In this document: positions 1-10,707 of the stretch, in pieces | How the letters are laid out: each line of letters opens with the position of its first letter | Position numbering within the stretch: position 1 is the stretch's first letter | Assembly: GCA_963676565.1 (NCBI GenBank) | Contig: OY781089.1 | Coordinates: 320,001-384,000, forward strand | DNA length: 64,000 bases | Source: Halarcobacter sp. | GTDB lineage: Bacteria > Campylobacterota > Campylobacteria > Campylobacterales > Arcobacteraceae | Direction of reading: 5' to 3' | Made by a program: the position numbers and the translations under genes | Notes under the pieces: generated by a model | Told to the model about the DNA's origin: nothing | Database searches by the model: none | What the model saw: only the letters and a program-made list of their open reading frames with translations

Positions 1-1602
1 ATCAGCTTGATTTCTAACATCAATTAACTCTTTTTTCTTAGCATCAGCTTCTTTATTTGCTTCTGCTTCATTTACCATTTTTTCAATCTCTTCATCAGAT
101 AATCCAGATGAACCAGAGATAGTAATTTTATTCTCTTTACCAGTCCCTTTATCTTTAGCAGATACATTTAAAACACCATTTGCATCAATATCAAATGTTA
201 CTTCAATTTGAGGAACACCTCTTGGTGCTGCTGGGATATCAGAAAGTTCAAACATACCTAAAGATTTGTTATCTTTAGCAAATTCTCTTTCCCCTTGACC
301 AACATGAATTGATACAGCAGGTTGGTTATCTTCAGCAGTAGAGAATACTTGAGATTTTTTAACAGGAATAGTTGTACCTTTTTCAATAAGTTTAGTCATA
401 ACTCCACCTAGAGTTTCAATACCTAATGATAAAGGAGTAACGTCTAATAATAATACATCTTTAACATCTCCTCTTAATACACCTGCTTGAACTGCTGCAC
501 CTTTTGCAACAACTTCATCAGGGTTTACACCTTTATTTAAATCTTTTCCAAAAAACTCTTTTACAACAGAGTTAGCTTTTGGTAATCTTGTTGAACCACC
601 AACCATAATTACTTCTTGAATCTCACCTTTATCTAATCCAGCATCTTTAAGTGCTACTTTGATGTGATCAAGTGTTTCAGTAATTAAATTTTCAGTCATA
701 GACTCAAATTTTGCTCTAGTTAAAGATTTAACTAAGTGAACTGGTCCAGCTTGTCCCATTGAGATAAATGGTAAGTTGATTTCAGTTGATTCAGCAGAAG
801 AAAGCTCTTTTTTAGCATTTTCAGCTGCATCTTTTAATCTTTGTAATGCCATTTTGTCATTTTTAATGTCAAATCCATTCTCATCTTGGAACTCTTTTGC
901 TAACCAATCAATAATAGCGTTATCGAAGTCATCTCCACCTAAGAATGCATTACCATCAGTTGAAAGTACTTCAAATGTTCCATCACCAATTTCTAAAACA
1001 GTAACGTCAAATGTACCACCACCTAAATCGTATACAAGAACTTTTTCTTCACCTTTTTTATCTAAACCATAAGCAAGTGATGCTGCTGTTGGCTCATTGA
1101 TAATTCTTAATACATTAAGACCTGCAATTGTACCTGCTTCTTGAGTTGCTTTTCTTTGTGCATCATTGAAGTATGCTGGAACTGTAATAACTGCATCTGT
1201 AACAGTTGCTCCTAAATACTCTTCTGCATCTGCTTTTAATTTTCCTAAAATTTTTGCAGAAATCTCTTGTGGAGTATAAACTTTATCAGCAATTTCAACC
1301 GCTGCTGCACCATTTCTATTAACGATTTTATATCCAACTTTTGATTGTGCTTCTTTTGCATTCTCTTCATCCATCATTAAACCCATAATTCTTTTTACAG
1401 AATAAATTGTTTTTTCTGGGTTTGTAATTGCTTGTCTTTTTGCTGGATCACCAACAAGTACTTCACCTTTATCAGTAAATGCTACAATTGATGGAGTCGT
1501 ATTTTTACCCTCTTTATTTGGGATAACTTTTGCTTCACCACCTTCATAAACTGCCATACAAGAGTTTGTTGTACCTAAATCTATACCTAATACTTTGCTC
1601 AT
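1..1602 (-). CDS. dnaK: Chaperone DnaK (Hsp70), 5' part; runs off the window start
   Basis: Not in the ORF track. Minus-strand ATG at 1602 reads [14 protein letters not shown], followed by [17 protein letters not shown] and DLGGGTFDV motifs; AAGGA RBS upstream; follows grpE. Confidence 0.98.
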   Translation of the reverse strand, partial: MSKVLGIDLGTTNSCMAVYEGGEAKVIPNKEGKNTTPSIVAFTDKGEVLVGDPAKRQAITNPEKTIYSVKRIMGLMMDEENAKEAQSKVGYKIVNRNGAAAVEIADKVYTPQEISAKILGKLKADAEEYLGATVTDAVITVPAYFNDAQRKATQEAGTIAGLNVLRIINEPTAASLAYGLDKKGEEKVLVYDLGGGTFDVTVLEIGDGTFEVLSTDGNAFLGGDDFDNAIIDWLAKEFQDENGFDIKNDKMALQRLKDAAENAKKELSSAESTEINLPFISMGQAGPVHLVKSLTRAKFESMTENLITETLDHIKVALKDAGLDKGEIQEVIMVGGSTRLPKANSVVKEFFGKDLNKGVNPDEVVAKGAAVQAGVLRGDVKDVLLLDVTPLSLGIETLGGVMTKLIEKGTTIPVKKSQVFSTAEDNQPAVSIHVGQGEREFAKDNKSLGMFELSDIPAAPRGVPQIEVTFDIDANGVLNVSAKDKGTGKENKITISGSSGLSDEEIEKMVNEAEANKEADAKKKELIDVRNQAD

Positions 1603-1631
1603 ATTTAATTCCTTAATTTTATTTTATAAAA

Positions 1632-1734
1632 TGAAGGGAACCTTTTACCTTTAATGTTCTTTAACGCTTGAAATAAATTCAAGCTAAGAACCAACCTAAA
1701 GACAAGCAGAAGCTTGTTTAAGTTCTCTCCTTCA
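1632..1734 (-). other. Structured intergenic element (nested inverted repeats) between grpE and dnaK
   Basis: Terminal IR tgaagggaac / gttctctccttca; hairpin gcttgaa-ataaa-ttcaagc (1666-1684) extended by gttctt/aagaac; hairpin acaagc-agaa-gcttgt (1702-1717). Confidence 0.6.
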
Positions 1735-1782
1735 CCATGTTTAGTTTTTATTAATAGTTTTTTGACATTACGGTCATTTTTT

Positions 1783-2364
1783 CTAGTTTGCTATTGAAAC
1801 CATTGCTGCTCTAAGCAGTCTATCCTTAAACTTATAACCCTTTTGTAATCTTTGAACAATTTGTCCACTTTCATGGTCTGGGCTATCAACTTGCATAACT
1901 GCATCATGGAAATTTGGATCAAATTCCCCGTCAGTTTCAACTAATGTAATATCATGCTTTTCAAATGCAGTGTAGAAGTTTTTAATAGTTAACTCAACAC
2001 CCTCTTTTAGTTTTGCTAAAAGCTCCTCTGCTGGCATATCTTTTGCTGCTTCTTCAGCCGCAAGTGCCATTTCAAGAGTATCAATTGGTGCTAGTAAATC
2101 TTTTGCAAACTTTTCAGATGCATAATCAATTGCTTGATATTTCTCTTTTTCTAATCTTTTTTTAATATTTTCAAAATCGGCATGAACTCTAAAATATTTA
2201 TCTTCACTTTCTTTTAACTTTGCTTCAAGTTCAGCAATTTTTTCTTCTGCACTTAATTCCTTTGGCTCTTCATTAGATTCTGTTGTTTCTTCAACATTTT
2301 CTTGAGTTTGAACCTCTTCATTTTGTACTACTTCTTCATTTATTTCTTCTTGTTTTTCACTCAA
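1783..2364 (-). CDS. grpE: Nucleotide exchange factor GrpE
   Basis: [17 protein letters not shown] and QKGY..LLRAAMV motifs; TTG start with AGGAG RBS; lies between hrcA and dnaK. Confidence 0.97.
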   Translation of the reverse strand: MSEKQEEINEEVVQNEEVQTQENVEETTESNEEPKELSAEEKIAELEAKLKESEDKYFRVHADFENIKKRLEKEKYQAIDYASEKFAKDLLAPIDTLEMALAAEEAAKDMPAEELLAKLKEGVELTIKNFYTAFEKHDITLVETDGEFDPNFHDAVMQVDSPDHESGQIVQRLQKGYKFKDRLLRAAMVSIAN

Positions 2365-2373
2365 AGTAATCTC

Positions 2374-3174
2374 CTAAACCATACTAATTTTATTGTAAAA
2401 ATATTCGTAATCTTTTGATAGTTCCCCTACCACTAACATCTTGATATCTTGATTATCAATTCTACATTTATGACAAATCCCGATATACCCTTCAGGAACT
2501 ATACCATCAAAATATAAACCTTCTTCAATTGAGTCTAAAACAACTCCTTTTAAAAAAGAGTTGATACTCTTTTCATCAAAGTTGTATTTTAGTGCCAATG
2601 AGAAAAACTCTTTTGTATTGTAGATATGAAAATTTTTATTTTGAAGATATTGACTAACTTGCTCATAAATCTCCATAGCACCCACTTGCTTAGCAATATT
2701 TACAATATGTACTAACTCAAGAGAAACCATGTCACTTAAAAATCTATATAAAGCATCGCTATATTTAATTGTAATCGCAAAGGAAGTAAATTCCAAAATC
2801 ATATATCTATTTTCAACATTCAAAATGTTTTTTAAAATATCAGACTTTTGATCTTGAATAAATACAGACATCCCTAAATCATTTGATAAATATGCAATAG
2901 CTCTTTCATCAACAAATCTAAGTCTAAAATTTAATTTATTTCTCCAATACATTTTTAAAGCTTCTGTTGTAGGGGTTCTTCCTGAGCTTACATGCTCTTG
3001 TGCAAGAAAACCTTCATCTCCAAGCTTTTTAAAGTATCCTCTAATTGTTGCAGGTGAATATGAAATATCATACATTGATTTTAATTGGCTAGAACCAATA
3101 GGCTCTAAATGTTCAATGTAAGCTTTAATTATTGAATGTAATAAAAACTCTTTTTTATCCATTTTTTCATTCAC
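2374..3174 (-). CDS. hrcA: Heat-inducible transcription repressor HrcA (short Campylobacterota type)
   Basis: EPIGS, SPATIR and HVSSGRTPT N-terminal wHTH motifs; first gene of the grpE-dnaK operon; CIRCE sites upstream. Confidence 0.93.
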   Translation of the reverse strand: MNEKMDKKEFLLHSIIKAYIEHLEPIGSSQLKSMYDISYSPATIRGYFKKLGDEGFLAQEHVSSGRTPTTEALKMYWRNKLNFRLRFVDERAIAYLSNDLGMSVFIQDQKSDILKNILNVENRYMILEFTSFAITIKYSDALYRFLSDMVSLELVHIVNIAKQVGAMEIYEQVSQYLQNKNFHIYNTKEFFSLALKYNFDEKSINSFLKGVVLDSIEEGLYFDGIVPEGYIGICHKCRIDNQDIKMLVVGELSKDYEYFYNKISMV

Positions 3175-3185
3175 CTTTTAAAAAT

Positions 3186-3212
3186 TTAGCACTTAAAATC
3201 TTAAACTGCTAA
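3186..3212. promoter_or_regulatory. CIRCE-like HrcA operator 1
   Basis: TTAGCACTT-N9-AACTGCTAA versus consensus TTAGCACTC-N9-GAGTGCTAA; just downstream of the -10 box of the hrcA promoter. Confidence 0.8.
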
Positions 3213-3216
3213 AAAT

Positions 3217-3245
3217 ATTATACTATATGAGTGAGTAAATGTCAA
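3217..3245 (-). promoter_or_regulatory. Sigma70 promoter of hrcA-grpE-dnaK
   Basis: Minus strand TTGACA (3245-3240) - 17 bp - TATAAT (3222-3217), a perfect consensus. Confidence 0.85.
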
Positions 3246-3252
3246 GTTGTTT

Positions 3253-3279
3253 TTAGCAAAAGATTTATAAAAGTGCTAA
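3253..3279. promoter_or_regulatory. CIRCE-like HrcA operator 2
   Basis: TTAGCAAAA-N9-AAGTGCTAA, immediately upstream of the -35 box. Confidence 0.7.
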
Positions 3280-3411
3280 TTTTTTTAAAAGCCCCTAATA
3301 TTGGTTAAATACTAATAAAAAAGTACCTAAATAATAGATTTATACGACTTAATTGAAATTTTAATACAATTAATATATAATTTATTGAAATTTATTTAAA
3401 AAAGGAGTTTT

Positions 3412-4383
3412 ATGATGAATTATAAAATGTCATCTTTTGGGAAGAAAATTGCTGGTTTAGCAGTTATTTCAGCACTAAGTGTTCCAGCATTTGCTGCAGA
3501 ATTTATTACAATTGGTACAGGAAGTGTTACAGGTACATATTATCCAACAGGTGGAGCAGTTTGTAGATTAGTTAATAAATATAAAAAAGAAACAAAAATT
3601 AGATGTTCAGTTGAATCAACAGGTGGTTCTGTATATAACATCAACACAATCAAAAATGGTGAATTAGATTTTGGTATTGCACAATCAGATGTTGTATATC
3701 AAGCTGCTAATGGAACTAAAAAGTTTGAAGGTAAGCCTGTTAAAAAATTAAGATCAGTAATGGCTATTTACCCAGAACTATTTACACTTGTAACTAGAAA
3801 AGAAGCAGGAATTAAAACTATTATGGATATTAAAGGTAAAAGAATTAACCTTGGAAATCCAGGATCTGGAAATGAAGCAACTGCACTTTCTATGTTCAAA
3901 GCATTAGGTATGAGTAAAGCTGATTTAGGTTTTGCTGGTGTTTTAAAAGCTGGTGAAGCTCCTGATGCATTAAGAGATAATAAAATTGATGGATATTTCT
4001 ACATGGTTGGACACCCAACTGCAAATATTAAAGATGCATCAAACTCAGTAGATATTTCAATCACTCCAATTAATGGTGAGAAAATTGATGCTTTCGTTAA
4101 AGCAAACCCATATTTTGCACAAGCAGATGTTCCAGCTGGATTGTACAAAGGTGTAGATACAGCAGTTCCAACATTTGGTGTAAAAGCAGTTTTAGTTACA
4201 TCAACTGATGTAAGTGATAAAGCAGTTTATACTTTAGTTAAAGCTATTTTAGAAAACTTTGATGACTTCAAAAAACTTCACCCTGCATACGCAAACATTA
4301 CTAAAGAATCTTTATTAGATGGACTTAGTGCTCCATTACATGAAGGTGCAAAAAAATACTTTAAAGAAGCTGGATTACAATAA
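3412..4383 (+). CDS. TAXI-family TRAP transporter solute-binding subunit
   Basis: Signal peptide; ITIGTGSVTGTYYPTG, STGGSVYN, GNPGSG and PLHEGAKKYF motifs. Confidence 0.93.
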   Translation: MMNYKMSSFGKKIAGLAVISALSVPAFAAEFITIGTGSVTGTYYPTGGAVCRLVNKYKKETKIRCSVESTGGSVYNINTIKNGELDFGIAQSDVVYQAANGTKKFEGKPVKKLRSVMAIYPELFTLVTRKEAGIKTIMDIKGKRINLGNPGSGNEATALSMFKALGMSKADLGFAGVLKAGEAPDALRDNKIDGYFYMVGHPTANIKDASNSVDISITPINGEKIDAFVKANPYFAQADVPAGLYKGVDTAVPTFGVKAVLVTSTDVSDKAVYTLVKAILENFDDFKKLHPAYANITKESLLDGLSAPLHEGAKKYFKEAGLQ

Positions 4384-4396
4384 TCCAATCTATACA

Positions 4397-4420
4397 TCCT
4401 AAAGGAGTTCTCCTTTAGGA
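4397..4420 (+). terminator. Stem-loop after the TAXI gene (partial terminator or mRNA stabiliser)
   Basis: Perfect 11-bp IR tcctaaaggag-tt-ctcctttagga; no long U-tract. Confidence 0.55.
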
Positions 4421-4494
4421 CAATATTTCATTACTTATGATTTTTATTTTTAAATGATAATTAATGAAATCTCACTAATTTTTAAGGATATATT

Positions 4495-6594
4495 ATGGGT
4501 ATTTATGAAGAAAAACCACACACCCTCCAAGAACTTGAAGTTGAACAAGCCGATGAATCACAAAAGGTTTTAAATGAACTAGAGGGACAAAGAGTCTTTG
4601 GAAGAATGCATTATGAATTCTGGTTAATTTCAGCTATCGCATTATGTTGGTCATTATTTCAACTTTATATAGTAATTGAACCAACAAACTCAACTATCTC
4701 AAGGTCTATTCACTTATCGTTTGCATTATTACTTGCATTTATGATTTATCCAATGATGAAAAAACCTTATTTTCTAAAAAAAATAAGATGGTTTGGATAC
4801 ACCTTTGCATTAATTGGTATGTTTTCTGCTGGATACATTGCATTTTATTTTGAAGAGATTGCTTTAAGACCAGGGGATTATACACAGCTTGATATTGTTG
4901 TTGCTTTAATAGGAATTGCAATTTTATTAGAAGCTGGAAGAAGGACACTTGGACTTGCCTTATCTGTTATTGCAATTGTTTTTATTGCTTATGATATGTT
5001 AGGCCCTTATATGCCTGAACTTATTATTCACAAAGGTGCTAGTTTAAATAAGCTTGCAGGTCATATGTTTTTAACTACAGAAGGGATCTTTGGAGTTCCT
5101 CTTGGAGTATCAACTGGATTTGTATTTTTATTTGTACTATTTGGTTCACTATTAGATAAAGCAGGGGCTGGAGAGTATTTTATTAATCTAGCATTTGCAC
5201 TACTTGGAAAATTTAGAGGGGGACCGGCAAAAGCTTCAGTTGTTGCTTCTGGATTTACAGGGATTATGAGTGGAAGCTCTATTGCAAATACTGTTACAAC
5301 AGGAACTTTTACAATTCCACTTATGAAAAGAACAGGATTTAGACCAGAACAAGCTGGTGCAGTAGAAGTTGCTGCTTCTACAAATGGCCAATTAATGCCT
5401 CCTGTTATGGGTGCTGCCGCTTTTATTATCGCTGAGTTTTTAGGCTTAGCTTATACTGATGTAATCTTTGCAGCTTTTATCCCTGCTTTTGTTTCATATT
5501 TTGCACTATTTTACATAGTACATTTAGAGGCTTTAAAACTTGGATTAAAAGGTATGAAAGATGAAGACATACCTCCAAAATGGAAAACTTTTGTTCAAGG
5601 TATTCATTATTTAGTTCCAATTTTTTTCCTATTATATACCTTAATGATATTAAGAGAATCTGCTGCAAGTGCTGCATTTAATGCAATTATGTTGTTAATG
5701 CTTTTAATGGTGGTTCAACACCCATTTAGAGCTTTTTTAGCAAAAGAAAAAATCACAAAAGATATTTTACTTTCTGGTTTTGTTGATATTTTAGCAGGTA
5801 TGATTAGTGGAGCTAAAAATATGATTCCAATTGCTGTGGCTACAGCTTTAGCTGGTATTGTTGTTGGAAGTATCACATTAACTGGACTTGGTCAAGTTTT
5901 ATTAGATGTAATTGAAACTTTATCAAATGGAAATATTTTTATAATTCTTATTTTAGCAGCTATTATCTCTCTAATCCTTGGAATGGGATTACCTACAACT
6001 GCTAACTATATTGTTATGGCATCATTAACTGCACCTGTTATTTTAATACTTGCACAGGATAATGGTTTTATAGTTCCTGCAATAGCAGCTCATCTTTTTG
6101 TATTTTATTTTGGTATTCTAGCTGATGATACACCGCCAGTTGGGCTTGCAGCTTATGCAGCTGCTGGTATTGCAAAAGCTGATCCAATAAAAACTGGTAT
6201 TCAAGGATTTAAATATGATATTAGAACAGCTATTTTGCCATTTATGTTTTTCTTTAACCCAGAACTACTTTTAATTTCAGAAGTTGACCCATTAAATCCT
6301 GCAAATCCAAATGGTTGGGTATGGATTACAAATCCTTTAGAAATAGCCGTTATATTCGCAACAGCATTTATGGGAATGATGGCATTTTCTTGTTTTACAC
6401 AAGGGTATTTTATCACAAGAACAAATATTATTGAAAGATTTATTTTCTTAGGTATTGTTCCATTTATGTTCTTGCCAAAAGCAGTTCAAGAATTTATGCA
6501 ACTTCCAAGTCATTATTTATCATATCTTATAGGGATTTTGATTTTTATAGGTTTATATCTACTTCAAAAATCAAGAATAAAAAAAGCATCCTAA
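4495..6594 (+). CDS. TRAP transporter fused permease (4TM/12TM DctQM)
   Basis: Highly hydrophobic; GGPAKASV, GSSIANTVTTG, GQLMPPVMGAAAF, LGMGLPTTANY and ADDTPPVGLAAY motifs; follows the TAXI gene. Confidence 0.93.
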   Translation: MGIYEEKPHTLQELEVEQADESQKVLNELEGQRVFGRMHYEFWLISAIALCWSLFQLYIVIEPTNSTISRSIHLSFALLLAFMIYPMMKKPYFLKKIRWFGYTFALIGMFSAGYIAFYFEEIALRPGDYTQLDIVVALIGIAILLEAGRRTLGLALSVIAIVFIAYDMLGPYMPELIIHKGASLNKLAGHMFLTTEGIFGVPLGVSTGFVFLFVLFGSLLDKAGAGEYFINLAFALLGKFRGGPAKASVVASGFTGIMSGSSIANTVTTGTFTIPLMKRTGFRPEQAGAVEVAASTNGQLMPPVMGAAAFIIAEFLGLAYTDVIFAAFIPAFVSYFALFYIVHLEALKLGLKGMKDEDIPPKWKTFVQGIHYLVPIFFLLYTLMILRESAASAAFNAIMLLMLLMVVQHPFRAFLAKEKITKDILLSGFVDILAGMISGAKNMIPIAVATALAGIVVGSITLTGLGQVLLDVIETLSNGNIFIILILAAIISLILGMGLPTTANYIVMASLTAPVILILAQDNGFIVPAIAAHLFVFYFGILADDTPPVGLAAYAAAGIAKADPIKTGIQGFKYDIRTAILPFMFFFNPELLLISEVDPLNPANPNGWVWITNPLEIAVIFATAFMGMMAFSCFTQGYFITRTNIIERFIFLGIVPFMFLPKAVQEFMQLPSHYLSYLIGILIFIGLYLLQKSRIKKAS

Positions 6595-6609
6595 AAAAGG
6601 ATGCTTTTT
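6581..6609. terminator. Bidirectional intrinsic terminator
   Basis: aaaaagcatcct-aaaaa-aggatgcttttt between convergent genes. Confidence 0.8.
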
Positions 6610-6629
6610 AAATAAGTAGAAAATTAGTT

Positions 6630-7352
6630 TTAGTCTTTTATTAATAGTTTTTCAATGATATATCCATATCCTTTATGGGATACAATAAAATCATCATCTT
6701 TTACTTTGTCTTTTAATCTTTTCATTACTGTTCTAAAAGCAGAATCATTTGTATTTATATCACCCCAAACTAACTCTTTGAACTTTTCAACAGGCACAAC
6801 TTCACCTAAATTATCAATTAGAACTTTTAAGATATCAAGCTCTTTTTTAGAGAGTTTAACAATTGATTCTTCATTATATAGTTTATCACTTATTGTATTG
6901 TAAGTATATCTTTTGTTTAAAGTAATGTAATCTTTTGATTCCTCTTCAACTTTATTATCAGCAAGAACTTCCTCTTTTGCTTTTTTTAACATCTCCATCA
7001 TATTATCAATATTTAATGGTTTCACAAAATACCCTAAAACCCTAAGATTAATAAGCTTTAATAAATCATCTTCATTTTTATGAGCACTTACAATTATAAA
7101 TCTTTGATTCGGTGTCAATTCTCTTATTTCATCAATCATTGACATACCATCTTTATTTGGCATTTTTAAGTCTGTTAAGACCAAATCAAATTGTTTTTCC
7201 TCATCATAGTTTTTTTTAAAAATTTTACTACCTTCTGCACCATCGCATGCTACTACAACTTCGTCAAAAATAGTATTTAAATAAAATGAGAGTGTTTTTC
7301 TTGCAACATCTTCGTCTTCAACTAGTAAAACTCTAGTTATATATGCTTTCAT
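6630..7352 (-). CDS. Two-component response regulator (REC + OmpR/PhoB wHTH)
   Basis: LLVEDE, DLVLTDLKMP..DG and KP motifs; C-terminal LSKKE...RLKDK...GYGY. Confidence 0.92.
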   Translation of the reverse strand: MKAYITRVLLVEDEDVARKTLSFYLNTIFDEVVVACDGAEGSKIFKKNYDEEKQFDLVLTDLKMPNKDGMSMIDEIRELTPNQRFIIVSAHKNEDDLLKLINLRVLGYFVKPLNIDNMMEMLKKAKEEVLADNKVEEESKDYITLNKRYTYNTISDKLYNEESIVKLSKKELDILKVLIDNLGEVVPVEKFKELVWGDINTNDSAFRTVMKRLKDKVKDDDFIVSHKGYGYIIEKLLIKD

Positions 7353-7401
7353 TTCTAACCCTAAAATATATTTTTTGTAATTATACCTAAAAAGTTATAT
7401 G

Positions 7402-9984
7402 TTAATAATAAGAAAGTGGTAAAATGATTACAAAAATAACACCATCATTGTTATTTTTAGCAAAAATTTTACCACCCATGTTTTTTTCGATAATAGTCTT
7501 TGCCATATAAAGACCTATCCCTGTTCCTTGGTTTTCAAACTTTGTAGTAAAATAAGGTTCAAACATTCTATCCATAACCTCATCTTCAATTTTTCCACAG
7601 TTATTTTCTAGGGTTATTTTAATTTTATCCCCATAGTCAATAAAAATTTTGACATCTACTTTTGCATTAAAATCTGTTATTTGTTTTTTTATAATTGCTG
7701 CATCTGCTGCATTATTTAAGATATTTAAAACAACTTGTTGAAGTTCATTCATATAGTTTACTGTTTCAATATCTTCCCCTGAGATATTAAGTTCAATATT
7801 GTTTTTTTCAAATTGTGTTTCAACTATTTTAGCACATTGTAAAATTGAATCTTTTACATTAAATTTCACTTTATCCTTATTTGGTTGGTAAAAGTTTCTA
7901 AAATCATCAATGGTTTGAGACATATATTCAATTTGTAATTTTGTATCTTTTATAACTGAATCTAACTCCTCTTTATTTAAAGTACCATAACTATCTCTAA
8001 TAAAGTGTGTTAGAAGATTAATATTATTTAATGGTTGTCTCCATTGGTGAGCAATATTTCCTAACATCTCCCCCATAGCAGCAAGTTTACTTTGATGAAC
8101 TAATATTCTATCTTTCTCAATATTTTTTTCAACCTCTTCATCTATTTTGTGTTTCAACTCTTCTTCTGTTAGCTTCATTTCAGTAATATCACTTATATAA
8201 CCATAAAAATAAGCTACATTTCCAAAATCATCTTTTAAGAAAATAGTCCTTGTAAATACCCATCTTACATCACCATTTTTATCTTTCACTCTATAAACTT
8301 TTGTAAATGATTTTTCATCATTACTAACTGCTTTTTCAAGATCTTCTTTTAATTCTTTAATATCATCTTCATGGACAAAATCAAAATAGCTTACCTCTTT
8401 ACTTTGAAACTCTTGGGCACTATATCCATATGAACTAATAGATTTGGAAATATAATCCACACTTAAATTTTCATCATTTTTCCATTTAAAAATTACAATT
8501 CGTCCATACTCAACTAATAAATCAACATACTTTAATTCTTTAATTAGTTTTTTTCTTTGCTCAATATCCATAGACATCATTAACATTCGTTTATGATTAT
8601 TATCATTAAAAGCTTTCCCTCTAACTAATATCCATTTAAATTTATTGTTTTTATTTCTTATTCTATATTCACAAACAAAGTTTTCACTTTCCCCATCAAG
8701 GTGTTTGTTAAATTTATTCATAACAAGTTGTCTATCTTCATAATGGATTAATTCAAACCACTCATCAAGATTATTTATATCTCCATCTTCATAACCAAAC
8801 ATATCAAGCCATTTTTTAGAAAAATAGATATGTTTAGTTTTTAAATCAATATCCCAAAGACCATCATTTGAAGCAATAATTGCAAGTTCATATCTCTCTT
8901 TCCATTTTTTATACATAATATTTCTAGTTTCTAATCTTTTATTGTATCTATGAAATATTTTATTTATAAACTTTGAAAAAATTGTTGAAGCAACAATCAG
9001 AAAGATTGCTATTAAAATCACAATTGAAATAGAAATTGATAGTTTTGAATTATATTCATATCTTAACTGCGCAATCTTATTTGGAAGGGAAAAACTTTTT
9101 ATTGATATTAGAAAATTGTATTTTGAGAAATTATGGATATCACTACTAGTTGTTGTTTCATTATTTATATATTTTTTCAAAATCTCATTTGAACTATTTA
9201 ATCTATCTTGGTCCAAAATATACTTTGCATCAATTTTTTGTCCCTTATTATAGTAGTTGTAAACATACCCTAAATTATAATCATAAAACCAAAAATAAGA
9301 ATCTTTGTAATATTTACTTTTTTGAACTATTGAATTTAATATTGCATTTCTAGTTGAGTTTTTCATATCATCAATTTTTGAAAAAGCCCCTAAAAATAAA
9401 TCTTCATTTTCTAACTCTTTAAAAAAACTTAGTCTAATTTTCCTTTTATCACTATCTATCCAATATATTAAATTATCACTTCCTATGTAAGCAATATTCT
9501 TTAACATATGGTGTCTAAAATTATCAATCTTAATATTTGAATTTGTAATTACTTTTAGATAATCAATTATTTCTTTTCCATAAAGCAATTCAAAATCTTT
9601 TTTATTAAACAAAACAAAATCAAAACCACTTTCATCTTCAATTTTTTTAATTTGATTCTTAAGTAGAGAAAGATTAATATTGTTATTGCTTAAATTTATA
9701 TACCCATATAAAGAGAGCACCGCTTCATTTAAAGCTTTTTCTTCATTATCAAAAGAGGAACTTGCATTGAATTTTATATCCGAAATATATTCATTTAAAA
9801 TTGTTTCTTTATTATAACTATCTTCTTGTATGTATAAAAAAGTATTGTTCTTTTTTTCAAACTCCAACACAAAGGTAATCACTAAAATAGCAATAAAAGA
9901 AATTAAAAAAACAAAGATTAATGGTGTAAAAACAATATGTTTTCTAATATCTGAAAGAGTATAAAACTTTCTTTTTTTAATCAT
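7402..9984 (-). CDS. Membrane-bound PAS-domain sensor histidine kinase
   Basis: Two TM segments, two PAS/PAC domains, H-box IAHQWRQPL, N/G boxes (FEPYFTTK..GTGIGL). Start chosen at ATG 9984, which overlaps the truA stop (ORF track starts at 10014). Confidence 0.9.
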   Translation of the reverse strand: MIKKRKFYTLSDIRKHIVFTPLIFVFLISFIAILVITFVLEFEKKNNTFLYIQEDSYNKETILNEYISDIKFNASSSFDNEEKALNEAVLSLYGYINLSNNNINLSLLKNQIKKIEDESGFDFVLFNKKDFELLYGKEIIDYLKVITNSNIKIDNFRHHMLKNIAYIGSDNLIYWIDSDKRKIRLSFFKELENEDLFLGAFSKIDDMKNSTRNAILNSIVQKSKYYKDSYFWFYDYNLGYVYNYYNKGQKIDAKYILDQDRLNSSNEILKKYINNETTTSSDIHNFSKYNFLISIKSFSLPNKIAQLRYEYNSKLSISISIVILIAIFLIVASTIFSKFINKIFHRYNKRLETRNIMYKKWKERYELAIIASNDGLWDIDLKTKHIYFSKKWLDMFGYEDGDINNLDEWFELIHYEDRQLVMNKFNKHLDGESENFVCEYRIRNKNNKFKWILVRGKAFNDNNHKRMLMMSMDIEQRKKLIKELKYVDLLVEYGRIVIFKWKNDENLSVDYISKSISSYGYSAQEFQSKEVSYFDFVHEDDIKELKEDLEKAVSNDEKSFTKVYRVKDKNGDVRWVFTRTIFLKDDFGNVAYFYGYISDITEMKLTEEELKHKIDEEVEKNIEKDRILVHQSKLAAMGEMLGNIAHQWRQPLNNINLLTHFIRDSYGTLNKEELDSVIKDTKLQIEYMSQTIDDFRNFYQPNKDKVKFNVKDSILQCAKIVETQFEKNNIELNISGEDIETVNYMNELQQVVLNILNNAADAAIIKKQITDFNAKVDVKIFIDYGDKIKITLENNCGKIEDEVMDRMFEPYFTTKFENQGTGIGLYMAKTIIEKNMGGKIFAKNNNDGVIFVIILPLSYY

Positions 9985-10705
9985 TATATATAACCTTGGT
10001 AAGATATAAACCATATGGACTGGCAGGTTTTCTATAAATATATTTCTCTTTTTTTAATTGAGACAACAAATCATCTTTTGATAATTCCCCTTTACCCACT
10101 TCTAATAAAAAGCCAACCATCAATCTAATTTGCGAACGTAAATAAGAATTTGCTGTAAATTTAAAAACATAAAAATCTTTACACTTATAAAATGATGTTT
10201 TAAAAACTTCCCTTACAGTATTATCTTTATCACTTCCTTTTTTGTGGAAATATTCAAAATCATGAATTCCCTCAAATAGTTTTATAGCCTCTTTAATTTT
10301 TTCCTCATTAAAATCTTCACAATGGGAAATATACTTTGAATTAAAAACACTTACTTGCTTTTTTGTAACTAAATATCTATACACTCTCTTTTTTGCACTG
10401 AATCTTGAGTGAAATCTTTCATCTACTTCTTTTAAATTATGTACTTTTATTGATATTGGAAGATGTCTGTTCATAATATCTTTTAGCTTTTTTAAATTAT
10501 ACCAATAAGAAGGGATTATTGCATTAAAAACTTGACCGGTTGCATGAACATCTTTATCTGTTCTTCCACTAAGAATAATCTTAGTATCTATGTTTAAAGA
10601 ATTAAAAACATCTTGAAGTTTGTCTTGAACGCTTAAACCATTTGGTTGAGTTTGACTACCTGCATACTCACTCCCATCATATGAGATTGTAAACTTTACA
10701 TTCAT
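9977..10705 (-). CDS. truA: tRNA pseudouridine(38-40) synthase
   Basis: SYDGS, SGRTDKDVHA with catalytic Asp, FHSRF and YLRSQIR motifs. Confidence 0.95.
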   Translation of the reverse strand: MNVKFTISYDGSEYAGSQTQPNGLSVQDKLQDVFNSLNIDTKIILSGRTDKDVHATGQVFNAIIPSYWYNLKKLKDIMNRHLPISIKVHNLKEVDERFHSRFSAKKRVYRYLVTKKQVSVFNSKYISHCEDFNEEKIKEAIKLFEGIHDFEYFHKKGSDKDNTVREVFKTSFYKCKDFYVFKFTANSYLRSQIRLMVGFLLEVGKGELSKDDLLSQLKKEKYIYRKPASPYGLYLTKVIYND

Positions 10706-10707
10706 AA

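Noticed and set aside
776..1072. 98-aa plus-strand ORF
   Set aside because: Antisense shadow of dnaK; open antisense frames on dnaK are a well-known annotation artefact
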